Source: Arsenophonus sp.
GTDB taxonomy: Bacteria > Pseudomonadota > Gammaproteobacteria > Enterobacterales > Enterobacteriaceae
Assembly: GCA_031446145.1 (NCBI GenBank)
Contig: CP132903.1
Span: forward strand, 417,214-481,213
Reading direction: 5' to 3'
Length of the DNA: 64,000 nt
The notes under the pieces are model-generated. The model saw nothing but the letters and a program-made list of their open reading frames with translations. It was not told the origin of the DNA and ran no database searches. The translations under genes and the position numbers were made by a program. This document shows positions 1 through 12,734 of the stretch, piece by piece (the first letter of the stretch is position 1; each line of letters starts with the position of its first letter).

Positions 1-21
1 GCGAGTATTGCTGATGAATAA
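1..21 (+). CDS. rpoA: 3' end of RNA polymerase alpha subunit (partial, continues upstream of window)
   Basis: gcg agt att gct gat gaa taa translates to ASIADE*, identical to the E. coli RpoA C-terminus; rplQ follows directly, as in the alpha operon. Confidence 0.6.
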   Translation, partial: ASIADE

Positions 22-62
22 AATTATCATATTAATAGTTTTTCGTTAAAAAGGATAAGGTC

Positions 63-452
63 ATGCGACATCGTAAGAGTGGTCGTAAATTTAACCGTAA
101 TAGTAGCCATCGCTATGCCATGTTTCGCAATATGGTCGGTTCTTTAATTCGTTATGAGATTATCAAAACAACTTTATCAAAAGCAAAAGAATTACGTCGC
201 ACTATTGAACCATTAATTACTTTTGCAAAGATTGATAATGTAGCTCATCGTCGTTTAGTATTTGCACGTACTCGTGATAATCAAATTGTAGAAAAATTAT
301 TCCATGAGCTTGGAGTTCGTTTTTTGAAACGTCAAGGCGGTTATACGCGCATTATGAAATGTGGTTTCCGTGCAGGTGATAATGCGCCAATGGCTTATAT
401 TGAATTGGTTGATCGACTTTTGCAGTCTAAAGGCGAGATAATTAAACAATAG
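63..452 (+). CDS. rplQ: 50S ribosomal protein L17
   Basis: 129-aa ORF starting [17 protein letters not shown]..., colinear with E. coli L17 in sequence and length. Confidence 0.97.
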   Translation: MRHRKSGRKFNRNSSHRYAMFRNMVGSLIRYEIIKTTLSKAKELRRTIEPLITFAKIDNVAHRRLVFARTRDNQIVEKLFHELGVRFLKRQGGYTRIMKCGFRAGDNAPMAYIELVDRLLQSKGEIIKQ

Positions 453-704
453 ATTATAAAAAAATAATTAAATTTAATTGTTGCGAAATTTTTTATGACT
501 AAAAAAATAAAACATAAAATAATATTTTTATTTATCTTTCAATAAAAATTATATGCTATAAAAGTACAATGTAATTACTCATTTAAAAAATTGAACTCAT
601 ATTTTTTTATTAAATTTTTTATTTATTTTATTTGCTTTTATTTAAAATTTTTATTTTTAGAAATCAATAAATTAATGGAAAAGAATCTTAATAATAAAAA
701 TACA

Positions 705-2083
705 TTATAAAAAAAAGGGACTTGGTTGAAAAATTTTTTCTACTTCATGTACATATTTTTTGTCAGTTATAAAGATAATTATGTGATCTCCTTGTTCAAT
801 AATGTGATAGTTATCGGCGATAATGACTTTATCATTACGAACAATAGCACAAATAATAGTTCCAGGGGGGAGTTTAATTTTCTCAATTTTTTTTCCAACT
901 ATTTTTGATGTAGCCGCATCACCATGTCCAATAACTTCTATAGCCTCTGCAATACCTTTTCGCAGAGAAGAAACATTGATTATCCCAGCTTTACGAATAT
1001 GGCCTAGTAATGCTGAAATTGTTACTTGTTGAGGTGATATAGCAATATCTATTACTTCTCCTTGTACTAAATCTACATAAGCAGAACGTTGAATTAAAAC
1101 TATTACTTTTTTTGCACCCATTTTTTTTGCAAGCATAGCTGACATGATATTTGCTTCATCGTCATTTGTGACTGCTATAAAAACATCTATTGTTTCAATA
1201 TGTTCTTTAGCTAGTAATTCTTGATCTGAAGCATTGCCATAAAAAACTATTGTATGATGTAATAATTCTACTAATTCATTGGCTCTTTCTTGATTTCGTT
1301 CTATTAATTTAATGCTGTATTTTTTTTCTATTTTTTTTGCTAAACCAGCACCAATATTACCTCCTCCAACTATCATAATGCGTTTATATGGTTTTTCTAA
1401 GCGTTGTAATTCATTCATCACTGCACGAATATGTTCTGTTGCTACAACAAAAAAAATTTCATCGCTTGCTTCAATAATAGTAGATCCTTGTGGTCTTATT
1501 GGTTTTTCTTGACGAAATATTGCAACAATTCGTGTATGAATATGTGGTAAATGTTCTTTTATGTGTGATAAAGAATTACCTACAAGTGAACCACCGTAAT
1601 ATGCTTTTGCAGCTACAATACTAACTTTATCATTTGCAAAATTAACTACTTGAAGTGCTCCAGGATATTGAATTAATTTATAAATATAATCAATTACAAG
1701 TTGTTCTGGTGAGATCAAATAATTAATTGGTATATTTCCATTAGGAAGAAAAAGTTTTTTTTTTCTTTAATATATTCAGATGATCGTATTCTAGCAATTT
1801 TGTTTGGAGTATGAAATAAAGAATCAGCAATTTGACATGCAATCATATTGATCTCATCTGAATTTGTAACAGCAATTAAGATATCAGCATCTTCAGCACC
1901 AGCTTCTTTTAAGACTTTAGGATAAGAGCCATATCCAGTAATAACTTTAAGATCAAATTTATTTTGTAATTGATGTAAACGTTCACTATTTATATCAATA
2001 ATAGTAATATCATTATTTTCATCAACCAAATTTTCTGCAAGTGTTTCACCAACTTGTCCTACACCTAAAATAATAATTTTCAT
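705..2083 (-). pseudogene. trkA: Trk potassium-uptake NAD-binding subunit TrkA, split into 122-aa and 337-aa ORFs by one frameshift in an A10 run
   Basis: ORFs 1715..2083 and 705..1718 together align end to end with E. coli TrkA (458 aa). The break is in the coding-strand A10 run (plus-strand T10 at 1755..1764). Reading A11 gives ...[29 protein letters not shown], gap-free against E. coli ...[28 protein letters not shown]. Confidence 0.9.
1755..1764 (-). other. A10 homopolymer (coding strand) carrying the trkA frameshift
   Basis: Counted directly: ten T on the plus strand between g1754 and c1765. Confidence 0.9.
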
Positions 2084-2126
2084 TGTATGTTCATTTTATT
2101 TATGTTTAGATTCAATAATATCAATC

Positions 2127-3416
2127 TTAATGTTGGTTTTTAACCAAAGAGGTATAAAAAAAACCGTCTCCTCCATTTTTAGTTGGTAATATTTGTTGGT
2201 TGAAAGCAATATCATTTTTTAATGATATATTTTTATGATAAGAACAAAATTTTTTGATTTGTTTTTGATTTTCATCTGGTAAAATAGAACAGGTGCTATA
2301 AACAAGAGTACCCTTATTTTTTAAATAAGGCCAAATAGCTTCAAGCATTTTATATTGTAATTTTATTAAATGAAGAATATCTATAGGATTTTTAATCCAT
2401 TTAATATCTGGATGTCTACGAATTATCCCGCTAGCAGAACAAGGTAAATCTAATAATATGCGATCAAACTTTTTTTCTGATGTTATCCATTTTTCTGGAT
2501 AACACCCGTCCCCTACAATAGTGATTGCATGTAATTTTAATCGATTAAGATTATTTTGAATATATTTTATGCGTGATTTATTGATATCAACTGCTACAAC
2601 ACAAGATTTTGGAGCGAGTTCAAGTATATAAGTGGTTTTTCCACCTGGTGCAGCACAGAGATCTAGAATATATTCATTATTTTTAGGGGCTAATATTTCA
2701 ACACATTTTTGTGAAGATATGTCTTGAATTGTTACCCAACCTTGATCAAATCCTGGTAATTGATTAATTTTGCATGGTTGATTTAATTTAATTCCAGAAA
2801 GGCAATCTTTGCTTAAATTGGCTGAAATGTTACTTTTTTTTAGTAATTCATAATAATCGTGAGTAGAATGATATAATTGATTTACTCGTATCCACATAGG
2901 AGGTTTTTGATTATTTGCTGCAATAATCTTTTTCCAATGATAAGGATAAGCTGTTTGAATTTTTTTAAATAACCACTGAGGATGTAAATGGTTATTTTTT
3001 TTATTTTTTATTTTTTTATTTAATATTTGTTTTTGTCTTTGAAATTCTCTTAAAACTGCATTAATAAAATTTCTTAATTTTGGATTGTTTAATAAAACAG
3101 CACCATTTACAGTTTCATTTAAAACAGCATATGATGGAATACGTGTAAAATTCAGTTGATAAATACCTACCATGATCAGATAATTAATGATGCGTTTTTT
3201 TTTGTTTAATGGTTTTTTTATTAATTCTTTCATGTACCATTGTAGCATAGGTAACACTCTAAGTATTCCAAAACTTAGTTCCTGTAGAAGTGCTTGATCT
3301 TTATCTGATAGATTTTCTTTATATTTTAAAAGTGCATTGTTTAATGTTTTTTTTTGATCTATTACTTCTAAAATTACTTGAGCACAAATACTTCTAACAT
3401 TATTTCTTTGATTCAT
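2127..3416 (-). CDS. rsmB: 16S rRNA m5C967 methyltransferase RsmB (Sun)
   Basis: 429 aa, the same length as E. coli RsmB; SAM-MTase motifs (DLCAAPGGKT, PCSASG); conserved def-fmt-rsmB-trkA order. Confidence 0.93.
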   Translation of the reverse strand: MNQRNNVRSICAQVILEVIDQKKTLNNALLKYKENLSDKDQALLQELSFGILRVLPMLQWYMKELIKKPLNKKKRIINYLIMVGIYQLNFTRIPSYAVLNETVNGAVLLNNPKLRNFINAVLREFQRQKQILNKKIKNKKNNHLHPQWLFKKIQTAYPYHWKKIIAANNQKPPMWIRVNQLYHSTHDYYELLKKSNISANLSKDCLSGIKLNQPCKINQLPGFDQGWVTIQDISSQKCVEILAPKNNEYILDLCAAPGGKTTYILELAPKSCVVAVDINKSRIKYIQNNLNRLKLHAITIVGDGCYPEKWITSEKKFDRILLDLPCSASGIIRRHPDIKWIKNPIDILHLIKLQYKMLEAIWPYLKNKGTLVYSTCSILPDENQKQIKKFCSYHKNISLKNDIAFNQQILPTKNGGDGFFYTSLVKNQH

Positions 3417-3465
3417 TTAAAATTATTACCTATATTAAAAGAGTATTTTCTTACTTTGATATTTT

Positions 3466-4419
3466 TTAATTAATTATATTTCCGGGAATAAATAATTTAT
3501 GATGAGAATTTATAAAATTTTTAACTAACATTATTTTTTTTCCTGCTGGTTGTATCTTTAAAATATTTAAAATATTTTTTGCGGTAATTATTTTTAAACC
3601 TGTTTTATTAATTTTTAAAATTGTTCCAGGAGATAAATCAATATTTTCAAAAATAACTTGAGCATCCCATACTTTTATTTGTGTATTTTCAATAATAAAA
3701 TAACTGATTGGCCAAGGATTAAATGCTCTGATACATCGTTCAATTTGTATTGCCGATAATTTCCAATTAATTAGTGCTTCTTTTTTTTTGATTTTTTTTG
3801 CATATGTAACAAAAATATTATTTTGTTTTGTTGATTTTATTTTTCCAAAAATAAGTAAATCAAGAGTGTGTTGTAGAGCTATAGGTCCAATTTTTTCTAG
3901 TTTTTGATATAGTGTTTTAGTAGTATCATATATTTCAATTGGACAAGTTATTTGATAAAGTATATTTCCTGTATCGATTCCAACATCCATTTGAATAATA
4001 GTAATTCCTGTTTTTTTATCTCCAGCTAAAATAGAATGTTGAATTGGTGTAGCTCCTCTCCATCTAGGTAATAATGAACAATGAACATTTATGCATCCCA
4101 TAGGAAGAAGATTTAGCACTATTGCAGGCATAATAACACCATATGCAATTACAATCATAATATCAGCATTTTGTGTTTTAATCCAATTTTGACTTTCTAT
4201 TGTTTTTAGTGTTTTTGGTTGAAAAACAGGAATGTTCATTTTATTAGCTAATATTTTTACTGCACTTGATGTTAGTTTATTTCCTCTCCCTGATGGTCTA
4301 TCAGGTTGTGTTAAAACCCCAATAATTTTATATTTATCTTTTTTGTTAAGCAGAACTGCTAAATGTTGTGCTGCAAAATCAGGAGTGCCAGCAAAAATTA
4401 TTCTTAGACAATTTAACAC
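3466..4419 (-). CDS. fmt: Methionyl-tRNA formyltransferase
   Basis: 317 aa; [26 protein letters not shown] and IRAFNPWP motifs are colinear with E. coli Fmt. Confidence 0.95.
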   Translation of the reverse strand: MLNCLRIIFAGTPDFAAQHLAVLLNKKDKYKIIGVLTQPDRPSGRGNKLTSSAVKILANKMNIPVFQPKTLKTIESQNWIKTQNADIMIVIAYGVIMPAIVLNLLPMGCINVHCSLLPRWRGATPIQHSILAGDKKTGITIIQMDVGIDTGNILYQITCPIEIYDTTKTLYQKLEKIGPIALQHTLDLLIFGKIKSTKQNNIFVTYAKKIKKKEALINWKLSAIQIERCIRAFNPWPISYFIIENTQIKVWDAQVIFENIDLSPGTILKINKTGLKIITAKNILNILKIQPAGKKIMLVKNFINSHHKLFIPGNIIN

Positions 4420-4940
4420 TTTTTAATAATTCCTATTTTTTCTTTTATTCTTGTATTTTTTTTAATTTTTTTTAAAATACGTTGACGTTTTAATGGGGAA
4501 AGATAATCAATAAATAATTTTCCATTTAGGTGATCAATTTCATGCTGAATACAAATAGAAAGTAAACCGTCATTTTTTAATTCAAACTCTTTACCATCTA
4601 TATTAAATGCTCTTACTTTAATATATTTATAACGAGAAATAAATGCATGTTGTTCTGGTATAGAAAGGCAACCTTCCTCACTTTTTATCGATCCAGATTT
4701 TTCTAATATAACAGGGTTTATTAGTATTATTTTTTCAGAAAAAGATGTTGAAATATCAATAACAATAATTCTTTTATGAATATTAACTTGTGTTGCAGCT
4801 AACCCAATACCTTTTTTTTTGTACATTGTATCGAACATATCGTTTACTATATTTTGTATTTCTGAATCAATTTTTTTTACAGTAGTTGCAATATTTCTTA
4901 GACGTTCATCTGGATAATATAATATATTTAATATTGACAT
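4413..4940 (-). CDS. def: Peptide deformylase
   Basis: 175 aa; [14 protein letters not shown] and QHEIDHL metal-binding motifs; overlaps the fmt start by 7 nt. Confidence 0.95.
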   Translation of the reverse strand: MSILNILYYPDERLRNIATTVKKIDSEIQNIVNDMFDTMYKKKGIGLAATQVNIHKRIIVIDISTSFSEKIILINPVILEKSGSIKSEEGCLSIPEQHAFISRYKYIKVRAFNIDGKEFELKNDGLLSICIQHEIDHLNGKLFIDYLSPLKRQRILKKIKKNTRIKEKIGIIKKC

Positions 4941-6118
4941 ATTTTTAATGTTATATTCATAGTAATTTAAATTTAAAGATGTATGTTATTTTTGTATTTT
5001 TTCATTTATCATTATTTAATTTTTATAACACAGAAAATGCTAGCTTTTAAAAATAATTTATTATTTTAATGTAAGGTAGTTTTTATTGCTATGATACTTT
5101 TTTTGTTTTTAGTTTTCTGAATTTAATCATTAATAATATTTTTAAAATACATATTAATTTTTTATGTTTTTGCATAATTTCTTGATTTATATAAATTATT
5201 GATTATACAATAAATTTATTTTTAATAAAAATAATATAAATTTATTATATTGTTAATTTTTTTAAAATTAATATTTTTATCAGATATTTTTATAAACGTT
5301 TATATTTTTTATAAAAAATATTTTTAAAAAATATTAAAATGAAAATTTATAATTTTTTAAGCAAATGTTTCTATAAATTTAATGTTTATTTTATTGGTTA
5401 TAACATAGTAATTAAAAAAAATGTAATCATATGTTTAATATTTTTATCTGAAATATTGCTAATTATTAAAAAATATTGAGAAAAATATTGATTATTTATA
5501 TAATTATTTTATTTACAATATTTAAGATATATAATTTTTTGTTTTAAATAATCTTCTTTAAGATTAATTGATATTTGGTATTTTTGATTGTTATATATAT
5601 ATTCATAATAATTTTGCGTGATAGACACTGTGATTAAATTTGTTGTTTTTCTAATTTATAGATATTTTAAAAAATATTAATAGTTTTTATATTAATTGAT
5701 ATTAAATATAATTTTTTATCGCATTTTTTTAACAAAATCTTATTTTTTTATTTTATATTTTGACAATTTAAGTTTTATTAACATCTTTTTTTGTAAAAAA
5801 TATTATATTAAAATTGATATAACATAAGAGATTAAAATTTTTTATATAAACATGAATAATAGATTATAAAAATAATATTTCAGATAACAATTATGTTTGC
5901 ATTAAAATTATAGTTGAAGAAAAATTTTATTATATAGAAAAATATAAAATTGATTTACCATTAATATTCTTTTATATGTTCTAATTTTTATTTTAAATAT
6001 GTTATTTATAGTAACGTTTATTTTTATGATAAAAAGATTGAAAGTATTTTTTTAAAAAGTTATGCGTAAATTTTATTACATTAGATATTTTAAATACAAT
6101 TATATGGAATTAATTAAA

Positions 6119-6688
6119 ATGTTTAATAAGATATTGTTTTCTTTTCATAATATTATTATGGCTTTAAAAAAAGGTGAAATTATAGCTTATCCAACAGAAG
6201 CTGTTTTTGGCTTAGGTTGTGATCCTGATAATGAAGAAGCTATTCATAAATTATTTTTATTAAAGCAGCGTCCATGGAAAAAAGGTTTTATCTTAATAGC
6301 ATCGTCTTATAAACAATTAATCCCCTATATTGATGATCAAAAATTAACTATTAAACAAAAAAAAATAATTTTTTCTATGAACAAAAAACCTATTACGTGG
6401 GTGTTACCTGCTAAAAAAAATATTTCAAAATTGTTAACAGGAACGTTTAATTCAATTGCAGTTCGAATTATAAATTTTCAGTTAATCAAAGATTTGTGTT
6501 TTTTGTATGGTAAGCCATTAATTTCTACTAGTGCTAATTTACATGGAGAACTACCATGCAGAACAAAAGAAGAAGTAATGTTAAAGTTTAATGATCAAGT
6601 ATTTATTTTGGATGGTATCGTTGGTGGGTATGAAAATCCATCAGAAATTCGTGATATAATAACAGGTTGTGTGTATAGAAAAGATTAA
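6119..6688 (+). CDS. tsaC: Threonylcarbamoyl-AMP synthase TsaC (YrdC)
   Basis: IAYPTEAVFGLGCDPDNEEA and KPLISTSANLHGELPCRT match E. coli TsaC. The start is chosen at the internal Met (189 aa versus 190 in E. coli); the tracked ORF begins at 6062. Confidence 0.88.
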   Translation: MFNKILFSFHNIIMALKKGEIIAYPTEAVFGLGCDPDNEEAIHKLFLLKQRPWKKGFILIASSYKQLIPYIDDQKLTIKQKKIIFSMNKKPITWVLPAKKNISKLLTGTFNSIAVRIINFQLIKDLCFLYGKPLISTSANLHGELPCRTKEEVMLKFNDQVFILDGIVGGYENPSEIRDIITGCVYRKD

Positions 6689-7517
6689 TTTTAAAGAAAA
6701 ATTTGCAATATTCGGAAATCCAGTATCTCATACTCAATCACCATTGATTCATAAATTATTTTCTCAGCAAATTGGTATTCCATATTCTTATACAAGAGAA
6801 TTAGTCGCTGTAAAAAAATTTGAAGAAGAGTTAGATCTTTTTTTTAGATCAGGAGGAAAGGGAGCAAATATTACATTGCCTTTTAAAGAATTAGCATATA
6901 AAAAAGTACATCAAATAACTGAACGAGCTGAGTTGTCTGGATCTATTAATACTATTAAAAAAATAAACAATAATAGATTATTAGGTGATAATACTGATGG
7001 CGCAGGTTTGCTTTTTGATCTTGAACGTTTAAATTTTATTAAAAGGGGGATGCATATATTGTTAATAGGTGCCGGTGGTGCTTCTTCTGGTGTTATACCT
7101 GTTCTTTTAAATTATGGGTGTCATATAACACTTACAAATCGAACGTTTAGGAAAGCTGAAATATTTATTAAAAGATTTTTATCTATAGGTGATATAAGTT
7201 TATTAAAAATGGAATTTATTAATACACCAAAATATGATTTAGTTATTAATGCGACATCTTGTAGTATTACTGGAGATATCCCTGCTATTTCTCATAAAAT
7301 ATTTAATAAAAAAACTTTTTGTTATGATATGTTTTATTCATTTAACAAAACATCTTTTTTAGAATTTGCTAAAGAAAACGGGGTATTGAAATGTGCTGAT
7401 GGTATTGGTATGTTAGTTAGTCAAGCGGCTTTTTCTGTTAAATTATGGTATGGAATATTACCTGATATTAGATTTGTTTTGCACAAAATAAAAAACATAA
7501 GAAAATCTTATAAATAA
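6669..7517 (+). CDS. aroE: Shikimate dehydrogenase
   Basis: FAIFGNPVSHTQSPLIH, NITLPFKE and GDNTDG motifs; immediately downstream of tsaC as in E. coli. GTG start is uncertain. Confidence 0.9.
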   Translation: MCIEKINFKEKFAIFGNPVSHTQSPLIHKLFSQQIGIPYSYTRELVAVKKFEEELDLFFRSGGKGANITLPFKELAYKKVHQITERAELSGSINTIKKINNNRLLGDNTDGAGLLFDLERLNFIKRGMHILLIGAGGASSGVIPVLLNYGCHITLTNRTFRKAEIFIKRFLSIGDISLLKMEFINTPKYDLVINATSCSITGDIPAISHKIFNKKTFCYDMFYSFNKTSFLEFAKENGVLKCADGIGMLVSQAAFSVKLWYGILPDIRFVLHKIKNIRKSYK

Positions 7518-8593
7518 TAAATTTTTGAATGATTTTTAATAAAATCCATTAAATCTAAAAAATCTAAAATAGTTTAAATGATAATTTTTTATCATATTAA
7601 TAATATATTAAAATTTTTGATTATAAAAATTTATTAAGAATATTAATATTATTGATTATATTTAATAAAATTTAATGGTAAAAATATGGATATAATGTTT
7701 AATAATTGTCAATAAAAATATTTTTACTTAAAAAGATTAATAATATATGTAGATTTATATAATTTTTATATTATCCAAAAAAAATATTTTTGTATATGTT
7801 AAGATATTATTATTTTGAATATCTGTGAACTGTGAAGTTAATATTTTTTTTAGATTTCTAAAATATATCAAATATAACGTAATTTAGCATTAAATTTAAG
7901 ATTTTAAAAATATTAAAAAATTAATATTTTTTCATAGATTTTTAAATTATAAAAAACAATTGAAATGTTTTGTTAAATAAATCTCTAGAAATAGAGTTTA
8001 TTATTGATCAATAAATTATTTTTTTAGTAAAAAATAATTATATTTTTTGTTATTTTAGATATCTTTTTATATACAAATCATTGATTTAAATATTTTAGTT
8101 TTCATAAGTATTTATGATTTTATAAAAGCTTATTATTTATTAAATAGGAGAAAAAATTATATTTTATTGATATTTTTTCTATTTTGATTAATAAATTTAT
8201 TATAAATTATTTACTGCGGATAATTATTAAAAAATCAATTTTTACAGTTTCTTGATTATTGTATATAACAATATCGTTTTATATAAGCAATATTTTTTAT
8301 ATTCTTATACATTATAAGAATGATACAATTTTTTATTCTAATTATTTTTAATTAAATAAAAGATAAATGTTATTTGTTTTTAAAGTAATATCTAATATTA
8401 ATATTGTAGTATTAAAATTAAAGATATAATATCTATATGATATTTATTGTTATTTAATTATTATTTTTCAAATAGATCTCTGTTATGTAACAATTTTTAA
8501 AATTTTTAGTATTATATTTATGGTATTGGATTAAATAAGAAAAAATATATTTTTTCTAAATTTTTATAATAGTTATTTCATAAGATACAAAAT

Positions 8594-9692
8594 ATGCTTG
8601 AAAGTCATGTAATAAAAAATAAAATAAAAAATGTATGTAGAAGGATTAATACCTTAAGGAGGTGTCTTTGATTACGATCAAAAAAAATATCGTTTAGAAG
8701 CAATACAAATAGAACTCAAAAAACAAAAAATATGGAAAAATTTTGAGAAAGTTAAATTTTTAAGTCAAGAATATTCTTCTATTAAAATAATAGTAAAAAA
8801 AATTAATTTTTTGATTGATAATTTATCAGATATATCAGAATTTTTTGAATTAGCTATAGAATCTAATGATTTAGAAATATTTAAATATTTGATTATTGAA
8901 TTAGATAATCTACAAAAGCAAATTAAAAACTTAGAATTTCATAATATTTTTTCAGAAGCATCTTATTCCAATAATTGTTATCTTGATTTACAGTCTGGCT
9001 CAGGTGGTATTGAAGCGCAAGATTGGACTAATATGTTAATGAGAATGTATTTGCGTTGGGCTGATTTAAAAGAATTTAAAACAGAAATAATCGAAATCTC
9101 AAATAGTGAGATTTCAGGTGTAAAATCTGCAACAATAAAAATTATTGGTGAATATGCTTACGGGTGGTTGCGTACCGAAACAGGCGTTCACCGTTTAGTG
9201 CGTAAAAGTCCTTTTGATTCAAACAGACGGCGTCATACTTCTTTTAGTTCTGTTTTTGTTTATCCTGAAACAGATGATTCTACTGATGTTGAAATTAATT
9301 CAGTAGATTTACGTATTGATGTTTATAAAGCATCAGGAGCTGGTGGTCAACATGTAAATAAAACAGAATCAGCAGTAAGGATTACTCATATTCCTACTGG
9401 GATTATTACCCAATGTCAAAACGATCGGTCACAACATAAAAATAAAGAGCAGGCATTAAGAAGATTAAAAGCTAAATTGTGTGAATTAGAAATTCAAAAG
9501 AAAAATGCTGATAAACAAGCTTTAGAAAAAAATAAAGCCGATATTAGTTGGAGCAATCAGATTCGTTCTTATGTATTAGATAATTCTCGAATTAAAGATT
9601 TACGCACAGGTGTTGAGAATCGTAATACCCAAGCTGTTTTAGATGGGGATCTAGACAAATTTATTGAAGCAAGTTTAAAAGCGGGATTATAG
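8594..9692 (+). CDS. prfB: Peptide chain release factor 2, requiring a programmed +1 frameshift (8594..8668 joined to 8670..9692)
   Basis: Frame 0 reads [25 protein letters not shown] then TGA at 8669-8671. The +1 frame continues [10 protein letters not shown]... into the 293-aa ORF carrying the SPF and GGQ motifs ([29 protein letters not shown]). Confidence 0.95.
8657..8672 (+). promoter_or_regulatory. prfB +1 programmed frameshift cassette (internal SD-like AGGAGG, 3-nt spacer, CTT TGA slippery stop)
   Basis: AGGAGGTGTCTTTGAT versus E. coli AGGGGGTATCTTTGAC; identical architecture and spacing. Confidence 0.9.
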
Positions 9693-9701
9693 AGGAACAG
9701 A

Positions 9702-11213
9702 ATGTTTCAAAAAAAAGATCAGAAAGAATTTATTGATTTAAATAATGCATTTAAAACTCGTCGAAATAAGTTAATGAAAATACGTGATGATAATATTGCT
9801 TTTCCTAATAATTTTCGTCGTGAATATTTATCCAGTGATTTACATACAAAATACAATGATCAAGATTCTAATGTTCTTATTAATTCAAATCTTGAATTTT
9901 CTGTTGCAGGAAGGATGATTACAAGAAGGATTATGGGAAGAGCCTCTTTTATTACTTTACAAGATATGGGGGGTTATATTCAAATTTATGTTTCTTCTAA
10001 TTATTTAAGTGAAGATATTTATCAAAAAAAATTTAAAAAATTAGATCTGGGGGATATTATAGGTGTTACAGGCAAATTGTTTAAAACTAAAACAGGTGAA
10101 TTAACAATACGTTGTAATAAAATTTATTTGTTAACAAAAGCGTTACGTTCATTGCCAGATAAATTTCATGGACTTGCAGATCAAGAAATACGTTATCGTC
10201 AACGTTATTTAGATTTAATCGTAAATAATAGATCACGAAAAATTTTTGTAATGCGTTCAAAAGTACTGTCTATTTTAAGAAATTTTATGCTTAGTAAAAA
10301 TTTTATAGAAGTTGAAACACCTATGATGCAAGCAATACCCGGTGGTGCTTCTGCTCGTCCATTTGTTACACATCACAATGCATTAAATATTGATATGTAT
10401 TTACGTGTATCTCCAGAACTTTATTTAAAACGCTTAGTTGTTGGTGGTTTTGAACGAATCTTTGAAATTAATCGTAATTTTCGTAATGAAGGTATTTCAT
10501 CTTGGCACAATCCTGAATTTACTATGATGGAATTTTATATGGCTTATGCTGATTATAAAGATCTTATTGTATTAATTGAAGAATTATTTCGTACTGTTAC
10601 AGAAAAAGTGTTAGGAACTACACAAATAAAATATGGTGATTATTTGTTAAATTTTGGGCAACCTTTTTTACAAATGACCATGAAAGAAGCAATAAGTAAA
10701 TATTGCACTGAAATAAATATTACTGATTTAGATAATTTTGATAAAGTAAGCATGATCATGAAATTATTTAATATTCAAGTAGAAAAAAATTGGGGATTAG
10801 GACGTTTACAATCTGAGATTTTTACTAAAAAAGTTGAACATCACTTAATACAACCAACGTTTATTACTGAATATCCCACCGAAGTATCTCCATTAGCTCG
10901 TCACAGTGATAAGAATTTATTTGTTGCCGATCGATTTGAATTGTTTATTGCTGGACATGAAATTTGTAATGGTTTTTCTGAACTGAATGATCCAGAAGAA
11001 CAATCCGAACGATTTATTGAGCAAATTCGTCAAAAAAATAACGAAGATAACCAGGCTGGTATTTTTTATGATGAGGATTATATTTTAGCTTTAGAATATG
11101 GATTGCCACCAACAGCGGGGTTAGGTATTGGTATTGATCGTATGATAATGTTATTAACCAACAGTCATACCATTCGTGATGTTATTTTATTTCCAACGTT
11201 ACGCATTAAGTAA
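9702..11213 (+). CDS. lysS: Lysyl-tRNA synthetase (class II)
   Basis: 503 aa, colinear with E. coli LysS (505 aa); class II motifs ([14 protein letters not shown]); prfB-lysS operon order. Confidence 0.96.
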   Translation: MFQKKDQKEFIDLNNAFKTRRNKLMKIRDDNIAFPNNFRREYLSSDLHTKYNDQDSNVLINSNLEFSVAGRMITRRIMGRASFITLQDMGGYIQIYVSSNYLSEDIYQKKFKKLDLGDIIGVTGKLFKTKTGELTIRCNKIYLLTKALRSLPDKFHGLADQEIRYRQRYLDLIVNNRSRKIFVMRSKVLSILRNFMLSKNFIEVETPMMQAIPGGASARPFVTHHNALNIDMYLRVSPELYLKRLVVGGFERIFEINRNFRNEGISSWHNPEFTMMEFYMAYADYKDLIVLIEELFRTVTEKVLGTTQIKYGDYLLNFGQPFLQMTMKEAISKYCTEINITDLDNFDKVSMIMKLFNIQVEKNWGLGRLQSEIFTKKVEHHLIQPTFITEYPTEVSPLARHSDKNLFVADRFELFIAGHEICNGFSELNDPEEQSERFIEQIRQKNNEDNQAGIFYDEDYILALEYGLPPTAGLGIGIDRMIMLLTNSHTIRDVILFPTLRIK

Positions 11214-11960
11214 ATAATAAAATTTTAAAAAATATATATATAATTTTTATAAAAGATGATAATACTTTTTTCTATAAAAAATAAAAAAAAGAATATTGTA
11301 AATATGATTGCATAAATTTATTGATGAATAACTTAATTTTTTACTAAAATTAATATTATTTTTTGATTAAGTAAATTTGTGTATTTGCATTTCTGAAAAA
11401 TATACATGTATTTTGATTAAAAACATTAAAAAAATCAATTTTAATATTGTTCATATAATTGCATAAAACAATTTTTTTATTTTATTGATGTTAGGATTTC
11501 AAAAAAATGTAATTATGTCTTATTAGACATGTAAATATACAAAAAATGAGTCAATTTTTTTGATATTTTTTCTGACTAAAGTTTATTTGTATTCCATGAT
11601 TGTATCTTTTTTTTATTTTGATATGGTTGATTTATTAGTATCAAAATTAATGATTAATATTTCTTAACATTAATATAACATTAATAATGGTTGATTTCTG
11701 TTATTTGATTATATATTTAATATTCATAGTTTTTAAAGTATATTTTATATAAAAATTATATCTGTTGACTGATAAGTTATAGAAAAATATTTTTTAGAAT
11801 AGAGATTCTCTTATTTGTATAATAAATTATTTTAGAATGTGTTGTAAAATAAATACATATGATCTTATATTTGTAGATTCTAAAAAAAATATTTTTATGA
11901 TATGATTATATTTTAAATAAAATAAATATATTCTATTTTTTAAAATATTTTTTTGATCAT

Positions 11961-12734
11961 TTAAATATTGCCTAATTTTGCTGAAACAGCAGTTTTAACA
12001 ATGGCAGAAAAGGTATCAGATTTTAGTGATGAATTTCCAACTAATGCCCCATCAATATCAGATTGCATAAAAAAATCTCTGGCATTATTTTCGTTTACTG
12101 ATCCGCCATATTGAATAATAATTTTTTTTGCAATAGCAAGATTTTTTTTGCTAATGTGTTCACGAATAAATTTGTGTACTTCTTGAGCATGTTCTGGAGT
12201 TGCTGCTTTTCCTGTGCCAATTGCCCAAATTGGTTCATAAGCAATAACACTATTTTTAAAAGCATTAATACCTAAAATGCTTAAAATTTGATCAATTTGA
12301 TTTTTGCAAACTTCTTTTGTTTTTCCAGAATGGTATTCTTCTTGATTTTCACCGATACATAGCACTGGTATTAACCCCTGTGATTTTATGATAGAAAATT
12401 TTTTTGCAATGTAAGAGTTGTTTTCTTTATGATATATTCTGCGTTCTGAATGTCCAATAATAATATATTTTGTTCCAATATCTTTTAGCATTTTTGCAGA
12501 GATTTCACCCGTAAAAGACCCAGAAAGATTTATGTCAACATTTTGCGCACAAAGTTCTATGTTACTACCATTTAAAATTTTTTTTGCTTCCATTAAATAT
12601 AGAAGTGGTGGTGCAATTACTATGTTACAAAAAGTAACGTTTTTTAACATATTATATGTTTTTTTTATAAAATTTTTTATTATTTTTGTATTACCATTTA
12701 GTTTCCAATTTCCTATAATTAATGGATATTTCAT
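11961..12734 (-). CDS. tpiA: Triosephosphate isomerase
   Basis: [22 protein letters not shown] and [11 protein letters not shown] motifs. Start set at the Met preceded by GGAGAAAAA; the tracked ORF extends to 12830. Confidence 0.93.
   Translation of the reverse strand: MKYPLIIGNWKLNGNTKIIKNFIKKTYNMLKNVTFCNIVIAPPLLYLMEAKKILNGSNIELCAQNVDINLSGSFTGEISAKMLKDIGTKYIIIGHSERRIYHKENNSYIAKKFSIIKSQGLIPVLCIGENQEEYHSGKTKEVCKNQIDQILSILGINAFKNSVIAYEPIWAIGTGKAATPEHAQEVHKFIREHISKKNLAIAKKIIIQYGGSVNENNARDFFMQSDIDGALVGNSSLKSDTFSAIVKTAVSAKLGNI

Noticed and set aside
6062-6118. N-terminal extensions of tracked ORFs (tsaC 6062, tpiA to 12830, cyoD to 28582, clpP 35656, clpX 36436, ppiD 40633, dnaJ 59143, secF 17916, ispA to 25590, cyoA to 32028)
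   Set aside because: Alignment with E. coli N-termini, and the presence of SD-like sequences before internal Met/GTG codons, indicate shorter true genes. The extensions are stop-free upstream sequence.
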